Origin: Callorhinchus milii
Lineage: Eukaryota
Direction: 5' to 3'
DNA: 64,000 bases
Assembly: GCF_018977255.1 (NCBI RefSeq)
Contig: NW_024704743.1
Location: 101,000,001 to 101,064,000 of the forward strand
Part shown: piece after piece, positions 38,538 to 51,952 of the stretch
How positions within the stretch are numbered: position 1 is the first letter of the stretch
Layout of the letters: each line of letters begins with the position of its first letter
Notes under the pieces: generated by a model
Database searches by the model: none
Told to the model about the DNA's origin: nothing
Seen by the model: the letters and a program-made list of their open reading frames with translations, nothing else
Translations under genes and position numbers: made by a program

Positions 38538-40734
38538 TTCTCTTATCATTCACTTTTCTTTAAGGAGCATTGGAGTGTGGAAAACTATTCCAACCCATCT
38601 GACTGACCCGACTATTCTGTCCCCCATACCTTAGTTCTGGAGTTTTAAAGAAAATGAACGACAGTGTCTTCATTTTATGTGTAGGTTATATTTATTTCTA
38701 GGTCAGTTTTTGTGCCAGCAGGGGATGTCAGCTGTGCTCAGCTCCATGTCGTTGATGTGCGATGATATTCACGTTTGTAGATAAACCACATAACTACTGT
38801 GGACTGACAAGAAAGCGAGCCTAAGGTTGATTAACAGGAAATGTTACATCAGGTACACATGGTATCCAGTAATTCTAGGAAATAAAACAAGAGGTATTTT
38901 TCTTGTTAATCACAACATTCAATACTTGATCAAACCAATCGCTATATATCTTCCCAGCAATTGCTGGGAGCAATCTCTGAAACATATGGTCGAGCTGTAA
39001 AATCATTCTTTCTTCTTGGCTGATTATTATGACCCATGTTCAGCATGAGCGCTCTCTCTGCTGCCAAGTATCCTGCAGAAAACTCAATAAGGTTACCAAT
39101 TACATGGCCATGAAATGTCTCATTTACCACTGAGAAAGTGCTGGGTTACTCTCAACGTTTCCGACGCCCCATTAATTTTCTAAAAGCAATACAGTCTATT
39201 ATGCGAATCTGTGGTAATATTTTACAACTCAGTAATCTGTAGATAATGGTCCCCCCCCCCCACCACTGGTACAGAAACGCACATTAAAAAAAAGCGTACA
39301 AGGAATAACATTCCACCTGGGTCTAGACTTTGTCCTGAAGCATTTCAAAACGTCTTGAATTTGGCAAATTCTTAAATAGTGTTTAATTTTGAAGCAAGTT
39401 TTCTTTAACTTCTTTTACAGAAAACCAGCTTCAAAGTTAATATTGAATTCAACAATTTGCCAAATTCTGAATACTCTGAAATAATAATAATCCTTACATT
39501 TGATACAACGCCTTTCACTTCAGAGGACATCTCAAAGTGCTTCATGGGATTTGCTGTAAAGTGTAGTGATTGTGTATTTTATAGAGTAACTCTAGATCCA
39601 GGTGGAATTTTTCCCCAACACTGTGACATTTCTATAATGCAATCCTATGCAGTAATACACTGAGAGGTAAACTACATAATCATGTTCCATGCATTTTTCT
39701 TTAAAAAATGCATAATTTTCTTACTGGAAGGCTAGTTTTATGAAACAAATGTACATGTGTAACACCAAGCAGTATAAATATTTAAACAGCATTTATTTCC
39801 AATCCAAATGTATAAAGAGGAGGGAGTTTGAGCCTGTACTTTTCTTAATAGGCTAACATTAGTCAATACAATGCTGATCATGTTTTATTTGTCAAGAACT
39901 TTTTAAAAAATATATTATTCATTTTTATTTTTGACTGAGATTTGCCCCTCATCAAAACTGCATTCAAGTACTGGGAAGTGAAGCACGCATAACTATTTTT
40001 TTTTGCACCCACTCTGCAGTCGTCAGTTCCCATCAACTCCAGGAGAGCTTTTAGCTTTGTGAGCCTATTTGTCATCTGTACTTTTGGCAGAAGTCTATCA
40101 ATATGGCACATCCTGTGATCCTCACAGCCATAAGGTGTATCACGATGTATTACTATGGAACCACAGGAAAACGTAAACTGCAAGTGATTCAGGGAATAAT
40201 GATTCAGGTGTCAGACAAACTCAGCTGGTAGCATTCTTGTCTCTGAGTCATAAGGTTCTGGGTTCAAGAGTGGAAGTCTTGACTGACATTCTAGTGCAGG
40301 GGGATTGTGGCTTTGTTGGAAGTGCTGTCCTATGCATGAAATGTTCAGTCTCATCTGCCTGCTAGAGTGGATGTTAACGATCCCATGGCGGTTTCGAATA
40401 AAAGGAGTTTCTCCTGTTGTCCTGGCCATATATCCCCTAAATAAAATTGGTCATTCTTTCATGTCTGTTTACGATACATTGCAGTATGCAAATTGACTGC
40501 CATGTTTGCCTACAAAATAGTTATTTTTACAGTAAATCCTGTGAAGTACTTTGAGACATCCAAACGTGAAAGGCATTATATCAATTCTTATTTATTATTA
40601 TTTGATATGGTGCTCTGTATTGGTAATACTTCTTAGTCGATTATACTGAATCAGTTAAGGGATGTCACAATTTTCACCACTTAAAAGATGTAATGATAAA
40701 AACAACAAAATTCTTAGGATAAAATGCAGTGTTC

Positions 40735-42040
40735 TGTTCTTAATTTCATCACGAACCGACTCCTCCGCCCACCCTCTCACGCCTCACCCATCCTCACCTC
40801 AAATGCTAACTGCGAGGCGATGCTGGACTTCCTCGAATCCAAAGTCGAGCGAATCCGCTCAGCTGCCTCTACCACGGCTACCCACTCACCATCTCCTCCC
40901 ACCCCAGCCCCTACCCATCCCTCCCTCCACACCTTTGAATCCATCTCCTCCTCCTCTCCCATCACCACCATAACCTGTATGAAACCACCACCTTCTCCCT
41001 CGACCCAATCCCTTAACTCCTCCTTACCTCCCAGCTCCACCTCCTTGCCCCTCTACTCACTGACATTGTAAACCTCTCCCTGTCCTCTGTTGCTGTTCCC
41101 ACCCCTTTAAAAAACAGTGTCATCACTCCTATCCTTAAAAAAGCCTCCCTGGACCCCTCTCTACTCCCAAACTACCGCCCCATCTCCAAACATCCCTTCC
41201 TTTCCAAGCTCCTGGAACAAATTGTTGCTTCTCAGCTTTGCTCCTTCCTCTCCCACCACTTCCTTCTCGAACCCCTCCAATCGGGCCTTCCGTGCCGCCC
41301 ACAGCACAGAAACCACCCTGGTCAAAGTGACAAATAACATTCTGTCCATCTGCGATTAGGGCTCCCTCTGCTTCCTCATCCTCCTGGACCTCTCTGTTGC
41401 TTTCGACACCGTTGACCATTCTATCCTCATCCATTGCCTCTTCTCTGACCTCAACCTCCACGTTGCTGTCTTTGATTGGTTCAGATTGTACCTCTCACAC
41501 TGCCTGCACTTCATCTCCACAAAAAGGTTCCTCCTCTAGCCCCCACACCGTCTCATGCAGCGTTCCTCAGGGCTCTGTCCTTGGTCCCATCCTCTTCAAC
41601 ATCTATATGCTCCCTCTTGGTGACATGGGGTCAACTTCCACATGTACGCGAATGACACCCAACTCTACCTCTCTGCGTCCACCATTGACTCTAAGACCAT
41701 TGCTGTGCTGACAGAATGTCTGTCAGACATCAAGTCCTGGATGAGAGCTAACTCTCTTTAGTTGAAAGTGAACAAGACCGAGGCTCTTCTGATTGGCTCC
41801 CGTCAGCGCCTCCACACCTCAGGCGCTGACAGCATCACCATCCAAGGATACGCACTCCACCTTACTAAGCCAGTCCGGAACTTTGGGATCTTGTTTAACC
41901 CTCAACTATCCTTTCTACCCCATAACTGCGCCATGACCCACTCTGCCTTTCCCCACCTCCGCAACATCGCCCGGCTCCAACACTGTTTCACACCACAGGC
42001 CTCCAGAACCCTTATACACGCCTTCATTACATTGAGGCTA
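40735..42040 (+). mobile_element. L2 LINE internal RT fragment (degraded, 3' end missing)
   Basis: [36 protein letters not shown] and KVNKTEALLIG motifs. Confidence 0.92.
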
Positions 42041-42634
42041 CAGGATGATGGCTTTCTTCTGTACTGTAAATTGCTCTGGTTCTATGCTGCTGTCATCAGA
42101 CGTTAGTCATAGGACCGTCCTCCACCATTTGCCCAGAAAATACACACAACCATATGACTTTACAATATATCTTGCGAAACGCATTGAGATGTTTTAATGA
42201 TGTAACAAGATGCTGTATCAAATGCAAGAATTAATCGACAAATTACAATTGTTTTATATCACAGACAACTAGTACTACCTCACAATCTACACTCTTAAAC
42301 CCCACTTTCTTTTATGGAAATTATTGCATCTTCCTGAGCCAGGCATGTCTGCAGTACTCCAGGGCACTGTTGAAGACAGCCCAGCCTGCCAAGCTCATCG
42401 TCAGGGCCTGGAAGGGTAGACTAGTCACTGGGGACAGGGTCTCTTCCCACTCAGCCTTTGTTAATCCTGCAAACCTAAGACCGAATCAGTAGGGTGGCCC
42501 GAGCTGCACAAGCAGCAAGAAAGCTTACAAGACAGTGCTCTCACTGACAAGCTATGTGGATTTAGCTGGTTAGACTCCAGCTGTACCCCAAAGCCTTGAC
42601 TTTTGTAATCAGTTGTTATTATTAAGGATCAATA

Positions 42635-42763
42635 ATGTGGCAATTTCTAACAGGATTTGTTAATAAGAAAAACGGATTAAGTCATTCTGCTTCTACTGTA
42701 CTTACAAGGAGTCCGATTTAGATTTCTTATTAAGGAATCCGATTAGAAATCACTGAGCCACAT
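42635..42763. repeat. Palindromic MITE-like relic (related pieces ~21600-21785 and ~10472-10515)
   Basis: Arms atgtggc..atttctaacaggatttgttaataagaaa and tttcttattaaggaatccgattagaaat..gccacat. Confidence 0.65.
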
Positions 42764-44326
42764 GCAAACCTGTTTATTTGCTAAGAGGACAACAATCCAG
42801 TATACGTTTTGAGCTGAGAAAGTCCTGTAATGTCAATCATGCTTTTCTATCTGTAAAATTGATATCGATTGCACTCAAGTATCGCAGCAGTTTCTCGAAT
42901 GGTTTATTATGTCTAGCGGTGTCAGCTCAGCAGCCTGTGGAGAGGAAACATCTAGTCATTCAGCTCAACTTTGATCAAGGGTTTCTGATCATTCAAGTCA
43001 AATCGTCCGAGAGAACATTGCTATAGTCACATTGAGACACGCCCTCCCTCCTCCTCACACACAAAACTAAAGAAACATGTATTTTGTTGTTGAGGTCCGA
43101 GTGAGATTAAATCACAAGGATCAGCAACGTAAGGATTTATTTAAACTCATCCATTAATACACAATGGAGCCCAAACCTTTATTAAATCAAATATTTCTGG
43201 AATGATTCGGTCAATAATATCACAGAAAGAAATGAACACAAATGTGGTGGTGCACAAGCTTTTGGCAAAATCTTTACAAGCTAGCCAATGTAAGAATCAA
43301 CAATCACTGGAAATACTGCGCAACAAAGAATATTCTGAACTAACTCTCAAACTGATAACTCTCCTAAAATATACTATAACCTACTAGCAGTATTTATGTG
43401 CAAAATCTGCACATTTTCCAAGTGCATTTTGCAAAATATGCATGTTTCAAGACCCACCTCTTTGATGGAGCGTTTGATCATCTTTCCCCTCCACACCCCT
43501 CGACTCTCACCCTCAGTTCAGGTGTAGTGTTAAGCACTTTGGGATGAAAGGTGCTATATAAATTTAGAATACATAATAATATTCATTGCATTTGATATAG
43601 TGCCTTATCCTGTCATTGATATTTCTCAAAGTGCTTCACAGGACATATTGTAAAGTGTAGTGATTGTGTATTTTGTGGGTGGATGTTTATTATTTGTGTA
43701 TTGTGTTTCCGTCATTAAAAAACATTAAAAGAGTTAGAACCTATTAGAAACATTTGAAATACTAGGTTCTGTTTTAGATACACCAGTGTAGTGCTTTTAG
43801 TTTGCATTGTAAACTTATTTATTTAATTTTTCTTTGTTATTATATAAATCAAACTAACACTACCCAGCTCTCATGCTCCTTTATATCCTTTATCTTCACC
43901 TGAGCTCATATTGTAGTTAAGTAGAGGATTCCTAACTAAAGAAATCTTTTACAATGGAACCTTGATAATCCACCACAATGGACTCAAACTTTATTTCTAG
44001 TGGATAATTGAAAGTAGCTGATAAGAAAAGCCTATCTGGCCAACCACAGCTCACTCCTCTTATCATTGAATTATCTTATGTTAGGTTAAGGCAGGTTGGC
44101 CTCTGTTGCTGGGACATTGCAATCTGAGAGGTTGAGATAATGCCCTAAACTACAAGAGATTTCTATTTTTGTTTTGCCAGTGTGGTGTCTTGTCAGACGG
44201 TGACAGCTTCCACCCATGTACTTAGACTGGAATTAGCACAAGTATTCATTTTAGGGCTACGACAGGGACTTCTGAAGCTTCTGTGCATTACAGTCATATA
44301 TTAATAATAATCATTCTCACATTTGT

Positions 44327-44652
44327 GGAGTCCTGTAGCTCAGTGGTTAGAGCACTCGCTTTGCAAGCGAGAGACCTGAGTTCAATTCCAGGCAGGGCGA
44401 AACCTTGGGCAAGTTTCCTTATTCCACACGCCTAATAATAATCCCTCCAAAACTAAAAACACTAATAAAAATTGGTCATTTTCAATCTACGACTGTTTGT
44501 GGGACATTGCTGTGCGCAATTGGCTGCCGCGTTCGCCCAAAATATACAGTCAATTCACTTTACAGTGTGTTCTGTGAAGCGCTTTGGGACGTCCTCCCGA
44601 CACGAAAAGCGCTATATCAAATGCAAGGATTATTATTATTATTATTATTATA
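44327..44652 (+). mobile_element. Young tRNA-derived SINE, short form (EshSINE1/SINE2-1_CM-like by recall)
   Basis: tRNA-like head with A box (tagctcagtgg) and B-box-like gagttcaattcc; Deu-like core ctgtttgtgggacattgctgtgcgcaattggctgccgcg; L2-type tail and (ATT)n. Confidence 0.92.
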
Positions 44653-47051
44653 TGATATAGCACCTTATCACATGGTCGAGATGTCTCCCAGCGTTTCACA
44701 GGATATATTGCAAAAAGATGCGATTGTATTCTGGAGGCAAAATAAGATTAATCACTATCTTTTTGTTGATGTTAAGCACAAAACAAACATCTAGGAATAA
44801 TTATCAGCTGCTAAGTCAAGAATTACAATGATTTTTTTAAAACTGAGATCTGAATCTAACAAATAGATTAAAGACTTGAAATCAGCTCTTTTGAGAGACT
44901 CATTGTATCAGAAGGTGGGAATGGGGGGAAATAAATGCTAAAATTGGTTGCCAGCACTTTATGCGGCACTGGTTAGTGATAACATTCATACTGAAGGATT
45001 TACATTGCCAAAGTGTTGTAACTTTATATAAAAAATCCTGTAAAACAAGGTGTTCCATGAACCTATTCAAATCAATTTAATGTGAGCATTTTATGACTTT
45101 TTGGCACATCTGCAAAAGCAGTCTAAACATTTTTACAAAATGAGACACATGAATGCGGTTGCCCGAGACTGGGAGTGAAGTCGGGAGATCTGAGTGAGAT
45201 TGTGTGCTGCTGTGTTGGGAGCCAGAAACCCGAACGTGCTGAAGTTGCATCGAATAGGGGAATTGCAAGACCTGCAGACAATTGTGCACTGCAGAGCTAG
45301 TTCAGTATTTGAGCTGGATTGAGCTGGTAGAGCTGCGTAATAGGATGAGCAGGCTTTATTACCAAGGTTTGATAGAATTTAGGCTCAATATTTGATAACA
45401 TGGGGTCCAAGCTGATTTTATATATGATAGTATGATAGTAATAACAGCAATAATCAGGGACAAGGTGAGAGCAGAGTTGGATGGTGCCCTAAATATGATT
45501 TGACTTGATGCAATGCTGAATGTGCAAAATTAATTTTACATGGAAGCTCCAGCAGTGTATGGTATGTGAAATATTCGTTATATGCAGCAATCCAATTAGG
45601 AGTGATTTTCTTTTGATAGCCATTAATTTCTACAGACAGATCTTCTAATAAGAAGGAATTAACACAATTTGTGAATATCATTGTTCTTTTAGGACACGTT
45701 ATATATTTAGCAGCGGGTGGCAGCATAAACATCAAAAGAGAATAGGCCTTTTATACACTTCTGAAAATGTTCACTGTTACCATGTTTTCAATTGACTATT
45801 GATAAAACATGTAGTATTACCGTACTGAGTTTAATTTTTAGAGCTGTAGGCATTTCACTTAAGGTTTTTAAATGAGTTCACATCTGCCTTCAGCAGCTGC
45901 TGACACAATCCACCAAAAAATGGAATAAAACCTCTGCAGACAATATAAAAAGATTATACACAAACAATCTAGGTATGAGTTCAGCTGTAATCAAATCCCA
46001 CATTCAGTTAATGTATATAAACTGCAAGAGCTTCGCTTTTGCGGTTTAATAGGTCATCCAAAACTCTCGATTAGATTACAGCCTTGTAGCTCACTAAGGC
46101 ATCTACTGTTCTCTATCTAATCTGCACCAGTGCATCTTAAAATGAAAGCACCGAGAAACACAAATGATCCAGGAAGCAGAGGCATACAAAGCAAACATAC
46201 ATTGCAAAATTTTGCTTTCTTAATTAAAGATTTACACTTTCTAGCATGCAAAGTTGTGTGTGTATGTACATAAAGAAATAAAATTACGGTTGGAGTCGTG
46301 TGAAAATGACCAAGCACATTTGATATGGTGATGTTAATTTTAAGATGGAGTACTAACCCTGTGTAAATAGAAATACACAATTTTGAGTTTACAGATAAAT
46401 GCAGGATGTAATGTTATGTTTCCTCCACAAGAGCACACCAATACGCCCCTTTCCCTCAGTATGCTGTATTCAAGTAAAATAACATTATTATGAGAGAATG
46501 TTCTAAATAACTGCCCAGCATCAATTGTACTGAATTCAGAATCACATTTTTTTATACATCAGCTGATAGAAGTGAAAGAGCAAACAGATAAGAGCTTTTC
46601 CTGGTCACCATGTCATCCTGAATGCACGTTAATGTTGCTCACTCCATTAATACATAATATAATATGCTGTTAAGACTAGAGATTATCCTTCTGACTTGCT
46701 GAGATTGGGGGTAAGTGGGGTGAATTCTAACCTCTGTGAGCTAACTATTATGATTTCCCATTTTTAACTGTGCAGGAAAGATGAGCATATTGTTCACAGT
46801 TCGTTACGGTTGAGACTACGTTAAAATTGCTTAATAAAAAAAATTGTATTATATGGAGCTTGCAGCCAGAAATGATTTCCATTGTTAAGGACTGATAAAC
46901 AGAAGTAACAACCTAGATAGGTTTCTTCCAAACAATTTGACTTGTTTGGCCAAGATCTAGAATGCTCACTACAATAATTTTTCTAAAGCCATTTAGAAGC
47001 TTTTTGATGAGTATGTTTGAAATTGGCCAAAAGTCACCACCTGAATCATTT

Positions 47052-47422
47052 AGTCCTGTAGCTCAGTGGTTAGAGCACTCGCCTCGCAAGTGAGAGGACC
47101 TGGGTTCGATACCCCGGCAGGGCGAAACGTTGGGAAAGTTTCTTTACTCCACACGCCTCTGTTTACCTAGCAGTATGTAGGAACCCAGTTGTTAGTTGAT
47201 TCGGAGATTGCTTTTCTGGGGATAATAATCCCTTGGGGAAAAAAAATAATAGTTTGGTCACTCATTCCACGACTATTCATGGGACACTGCTGTGCGCTAC
47301 TTGGCTGCCATGTTTCGTCCACAAAATATACAATCAATTCACTTTACAGTATATTCTGTTAAGAGCTTTGAGACGTCTCAAAGACGTGATAAGGCACTAT
47401 ATCAAATGCAAGGATTATTATT
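47052..47422 (+). mobile_element. tRNA-derived SINE, long form
   Basis: Same head, core and tail plus an extra ~65-nt segment ctgtttacctagcagta...gcttttctgggg. Confidence 0.9.
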
Positions 47423-47469
47423 TAACTAGATAAAGCATAATTGTAAGGCTAGGGGGGACGATTAGTGGC

Positions 47470-47815
47470 TTTCAAAATTATGGTTTTGATAGCTTAAAGA
47501 AAGAAAAACTACATCCACTAATCAGTGAATCAGTAATGAGGATGGGGAATAAATTGAGGATTATCGTGGGAAGAGAATATTATTTTACAGGGCAGGTTGG
47601 TAGAATATGAAATGCCATAACCACAAATGGCTTTTGAAGCCAAGTCCGTAACAACATTTAAGAGGGAATTGGATAAGGACTTGGAAACAAAAATAATAGT
47701 TAGGGTTCTGGGGAAACAGCAGAAGAATGGGAGTAGATAGCTGTGGTAGGAGGGATGTCAGTACCAGCATGTTCCTGATGGGCCTAACCTCTTTCTGTGC
47801 TGTAAACGTTCTATA
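47470..47815 (+). mobile_element. Old CR1 3' fragment
   Basis: Similar to the CR1 3' region at 25605-26420; ends ctgtgctgtaaacgttctat. Confidence 0.7.
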
Positions 47816-48897
47816 ATTTTTGTGTGCAATTGCTACTCAGGTCTATCAGAAACACCAGCCCTGCCAGTGTCACCCACATCCAGAGGTGAATATAAAAAAA
47901 ACTTCTGCTGACAAACTTCACTTAGATAAGTGCACAATTAACCTAATTACTGTTAAAACGGATAGTTTTCTCTTGTCAGGAGATGATGAGAAAATTAAAC
48001 ATATCCACATGATGCAATTACACAGCACAGAGTTAGCCTTAAATGTACCACTTGTTCTCAACGGAATTTAACAACTTGTACTCCTAAAAGGAAGATACTC
48101 GCTGAGGAAATGGGCAATTTATTCTGGGAAAGGCCAAGATTATAGAGGTCATCCTTGTAGTGGAATAAATTCTGTATTTCGCAATTCTCTGCTGGATCTA
48201 ATGTTAACTAAATGTATACATTTTGGTTCGCCCACAAATCACAGTCACTGTACTTTATAGTATATTTGGTGAGTGCTTTGAGACGTTGTTCCATTTTATT
48301 ATTTAGGTACTATTCATGAAATTATTTTGTGAGCCTACAGTGAAACAATAATAACACACGATTCCCTATGATAAGAGTAGATGAATTTCCTTGGCCTGGG
48401 TTGAAGTCAGATCAATAAAACACAAAACACAGTGTGTAAATGAATCAGAGGGGAACACTGCAGGAGCATTATCAGTCCTTCTCCCAAGGAGACTATGTGC
48501 AGATGATAAGTAATCACAGACTAAGTGACTGGATAAAATCAGGTCTAAGTCATGAAAATATTGCTTGGTGATAATGCCGGTGACATGAAAGATAGTTATT
48601 GATTAAACATCATCAATAAATGGGATTATTTGAATAGGCAAATTGGACAAAGAACAATATCATCAAATGTGCGATAAAATAAACCTTAAAAACAGGAGTT
48701 GCCATTATATCCAAACCTCCTTGTCTCTGAAACAAGCTTAACTGCATACCATCAAACTTGCATTTGCTCTGAGTTATAAGCATTTGCAATGATTTACTAT
48801 TGAAAAATTGAACTCAGATATTTGTCCAATGGAAACAGCAGTATGTTAGCAAACTACCTTTCACCCCTGGACTCGAATCTAACATTTCCTGTCTACT

Positions 48898-49108
48898 ATA
48901 ATCCCTCCAAAAACCCAAAACAATAATAAATTGGTCATTTTCAATCTACGACTGTTTGTGGGACATTGCTGTGCGCAATTGGCTGCCGCGTTTGCCCACA
49001 AATATACAGTCAATTCACTTTACAGTGTGTTCTGTGAAGCGCTTTGGGACGTCCTCCCAACGTGAAAAGCGCTATATCAAATGCAAGGATTATTATTATT
49101 ATTATTAC
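48898..49108 (+). mobile_element. 5'-truncated young SINE
   Basis: Matches the 3' two-thirds of 44327-44652; no tRNA head. Confidence 0.9.
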
Positions 49109-51952
49109 TGGTTGCAATTGTCTCACACTGTATAAACATATCTGGAAGTCACATCTTTACAATAAAAAGCTGCTGATCTATCTACCAATCTCACTCAGAC
49201 ATCCACAGAATGGCTACTGGGCCAAATGTAAAATGTCAAAATGATGCATTAAAGGCTGCTTCTAAGGTTCTGACAGTGGGGCTGAGACACATTTTTGGGG
49301 GAGAACAATATTTACTCTGCATCTGGCAATTCTGTACCTAACCTGGAAAAGACTGTTGCCAACACTGACAGGAGGGAAGCTGAATGCGGGGCAAAATTAG
49401 GATGAATATATAGAACCAGGAGGAAGACAGATTGTACACATCTGGCAAGGAAAATTACAGCCCCAGAGAGCACCATTAACATTTCATGAGTCTACATTTA
49501 ACAAATCATATTCTGTCAGCTTCATTTCAGTTCAATACCTTTCCCATCTTAAGCTGCGGTCACCATAAACATTAACTAAAAGCAGAACTGTGTACGGCAG
49601 ATTTAATTGGCTCATTTTGTTGTCTTTGTTTTTTACATTAGCTGCACACTACACCCTCCCTCTTATTTGTGCTTTTCAGCTAAATTCCAACTACTGATGG
49701 CAAGGAAAGCACACGTGCACTTGTTCTCAATTACCACACATGGAATGTGAGTTGAGATCACGTGGAGTTTATTTTTTAATGACAAAGTAGAAAAAAATAG
49801 ATTACATAAAATAATTATTTCCACTCATATAATAATAATAATAATGTAGACAATACCACATGTCCTGTAACAACATAAAGTAGCAACTTAGGAATTAGGT
49901 TTGGGAGAAGGCTCCATAGAACACAGTTCCCCAAAAAACAGCTGGTAACTCAATCCTGGTGTCATCCTTCGCCCACAAAACAGTCACTATGCTTTACAAT
50001 ATATCACGTGAAGCACTTTGGGACCTTCTGATGTAAAAGATGTAAAAAAGGCAATATACCAAGTGTAAGGATTATTATTATCAGTGTGAATCTAGGCTGC
50101 GTTCTCCATCCTTAATGACAGTTTAATCTTCCTGTATTGAAGAACCCAAACTTATATAACAGTACATTGTGTATTTGATATGGCATCTTTCACGTTGGGA
50201 GGGTGTTTCAAAGCGTTTTACAGAGTTTACTGAGTATTTTGTAGAGTAGACTCAATTCTGACATTCTGTTGACAAGCACGTCACCTTGGAGCTGAGGTGG
50301 CCTCCAAGAACCCGCTTCTCCCCTGCCCACCCCCCCTCCACCACCTCACACACACACGCGCACAGACATTCCCCACAACCAAGTGTGTACATAAAGAAGT
50401 AACATGAAGCAGCCGGAGGTGAGAACTACCAACTTATTAGTTGATCTATTGAGAGGTATTCCTAGGATAATTATTTTGCACATTTGATAATAATTTGAAC
50501 CATACTCAGGATCCAGGCCAATATGACCTGACTTTAGTGATGTTACAAACTATTTTTAATAGAAGAAATATAAAGTACAGATTTATTCTGGTTTGATTGC
50601 TTTTAAACAAAGGACCTCTAGATATTGCTACTTTTGCAATTGATGAGTGTGAGCATAGACTCAAGTTTGTTTGTGAAATGCCAGACAAAATGAAGAGAGA
50701 CAGCAGCATAATCCCAAAAGAAAAGAAAGCAAAGATGTAATGTCATTGTCTTCTCCACTAACGTGAGCTGTGCAGCTGGAATTGAATTGTATTTGTGTCT
50801 GCACACATCAAGGCTTTCCCAGTACCCATACACTGGGACATTCTGCTGCCTTCCGGCAATAATATTTGAGTGCTGCTTATTATTACAAGTGCACATTATT
50901 CATTGTCATCTCTGCAATAATTTATACTTTTCTAAGGTCAAAACTTTACTGAAGACCATTATTTTTCTCGAGTTCAAATCATGCTGCTCTCCTCCACCTG
51001 CAGTCTTTTCAAATAATAATATTGCAACAAATATGTCTTCATCTTTTGATCATTCCTTTAACTGATGCATGATATTTATGGGTTATTTCTGACATCTTCA
51101 AACTCAAGAGGGACAACATTTAGAGCAAAACAAATCTGCAATTACAAATCACAATGAACAGGTATCAGAATGATTTTCCTCCTTTTCTAATCTGTATGGA
51201 AATCTGCATGTCTTTTGCTATCGCTCTCTAAATAGTATAAAAGTCACTTTGTTAACCACTACACTCTTAACATAATTATTTTGGCATACACACCACAAAT
51301 CAAGCTAATAATACGTGGCACTGATATACCATATTTCCTTAACATTGTCAGAACCTTACATCGAGATGTAATCCACAACCAAAAGATCCACCACGAGACT
51401 GAGAGTAGAAATAGAGATGTATATGACGTTATAAAGGCTACCTTTGTGAATCATACATTTTAGTAAGGGTTGTGGGCGAGTGGGGGAGAGGAAGAATTCT
51501 ATGGGGGGATGCTATTACTTATATTCTGAAACAATGAGATTAAATGGGTTGAATAGTGTTCTTCATTTAAACTCTCTTGTAATCTATTGCTATTCATTTG
51601 CTCCTAGCAAGAGAGCATCTTTTCAACATGTATTGAGTTGAATGGCAAAGTCACTTCTGGTCTAAATTATTATAATACAATAAAAGGCAAAAGTCTACTC
51701 TTATTCTTCACTGATCAAACATGGCAGAAACCTCCAAAGATGCTGTGATCTAAGCAGTTCAGAGTTAAGAATCAAGGAGAGCCAGGTAGCATACAGGTTA
51801 TTTTTTGTATTTTTATCCGGTGAGAACTCCTCTTTTAGATCCAGCCTCAAATGAGGAAAGATACTTCCATCATTGAAATAAGAGACTAGAACACAAACCT
51901 GCATTCCAACTACTGACAAATTGACATGAATCAGCTAATCCCAACAGACATG

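Noticed and set aside
44330..44400. tRNA-like sequences (here and at 14558, 47052, 53070, 61000 etc.)
   Set aside because: They are SINE heads continuous with SINE bodies, not tRNA genes.
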